Positions 43,298 through 44,002 of a stretch of DNA of 44,002 nt are shown one piece after another. Below the pieces are notes generated by a model, which ran no database searches, was not told the DNA's origin, and saw only the letters and a list, made by a program, of their open reading frames with translations. This stretch comes from a virus. Lineage: Duplodnaviria; Caudoviricetes. Position 1 is the stretch's first letter. Every line of letters begins with the position of its first letter. The stretch covers positions 1-44,002 of the IMG/VR virus record IMGVR_UViG_3300016722_000150; one strand, given 5' to 3'. Made by a program: the position numbers and the translations under genes.

Positions 43298-44002
43298 TTA
43301 GTAGCCCGTTTTAAACCCGCCTTGACCGATAATTCCTTTCATGGTTGGTGTGAGGGTAGACTTTGTTCCGCTTCCGTAGGCGTCTGCTAAGGTGTAAGCA
43401 CTTGCAGCGTTCCCAATTCCTTGAGCAACATTTCCCCATGTGCTTTGAGTAGAATTAAGAGAATTGTCTGCGCTGTTGATCTTTTGACCGTAAAGGGCGT
43501 TCATACCGTTCAGGTAGTTCTGTCTTACCTGATTTTTGTATTGCTGTCCGTAGCCGTAAAGCTTATTTACGGTCCCGGCGTAGGTCTTATTTGCTTCTGT
43601 ATTAGCTGCGATTTTAGCTTCCGGTGTTGCTCCGCTGGCTGCAAATTGGTTGGCGTATTTCTTTGATTGCTCTTGTAACTGATCTCTGACGGCAGCTAAG
43701 GCTGATTGTGAATCAGCGTCTTTCATTCTGTCACGGTAATATTCATCGTTGTAATAGTTAGTCAGGTCGTTTTCGCGCCTATTGAACAAACCATTTACTG
43801 TCGAATCATGTTTCTTCTGTGCCTGTCCCGATTTTCAGTTACTATACAATGCTGATGCTGCCGAAATAGCTAAAGGAATCAACATTGCGATTCCTTCCTT
43901 TACATTGCTATCACTTTGAGACAGATATTTCTCAAAGAATACAGGAGCAAAGGCGGTGATTATAAAAAGTGTTATCGCTGTGAATCTTACAAATCTTTTC
44001 AT
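43298..44002 (-). CDS. DNA-transfer/ejection protein (P22 gp7-like), 234 aa (1 TGA)
   Basis: Frame open from the ATG at 44002 through TGA 43835; LIPLAISAASALYSN and WGNVAQGIGNAAS Gly/Ala helices. Confidence 0.7.

Noticed and set aside
35371-43666. Plus-strand ORFs such as 35371-35844, 38518-39099 and 39165-39590
   Set aside because: Antisense shadows of long minus-strand genes with non-ATG starts and implausible composition
12805-44002. Late genes as pseudogenes of a decaying prophage
   Set aside because: All the breaks I traced are TGA, with no TAA/TAG breaks or frameshifts, and several sit at Trp-type motif positions
12805-44002. TGA as selenocysteine or Gly (code 25)
   Set aside because: Motif contexts indicate Trp; no sel genes or Cys-type positions were seen
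1-44002. Integrase, att sites, phage release factor, canonical tRNA(UCA)
   Set aside because: Not found in this window; they may lie outside it, so absence from the genome cannot be claimed

Overview
About 44 kb of an AT-rich temperate phage or prophage of a Bacteroidota host, with podovirus-like, P22-type virion genes. The host call rests on TAnnTTTG promoters and DUF3127/DUF4373-like genes. Left part (1-12.8 kb): a lipoprotein, a cI/cro-like switch, and a rightward early operon (recombination genes with an intein-containing Sak4-like ATPase, two tRNAs, replication genes). Right part (12.8-44 kb): tail, lysis, head, packaging and ejection genes. The fragmented late ORFs in the supplied track are not pseudogenes. 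They are joined in frame by 31 TGA codons that I traced by hand, several at motif positions where Trp is expected, so late genes appear to read TGA as Trp, while I found no internal TGA in early genes. No canonical UCA-anticodon tRNA or release factor is present in the window. The phage tRNA-Trp(CCA) has a 4-bp anticodon stem (G27:A43 mismatch), the architecture known to promote UGA readthrough. Sense TGAs are strongly biased to a following A, and terminal TGAs are all backed by TAA/TAG. A 3296-aa polyvalent virion protein also carries three small overprinted ORFs in its linkers, one with its own promoter. All protein family calls are from motif recognition by eye, not database searches.
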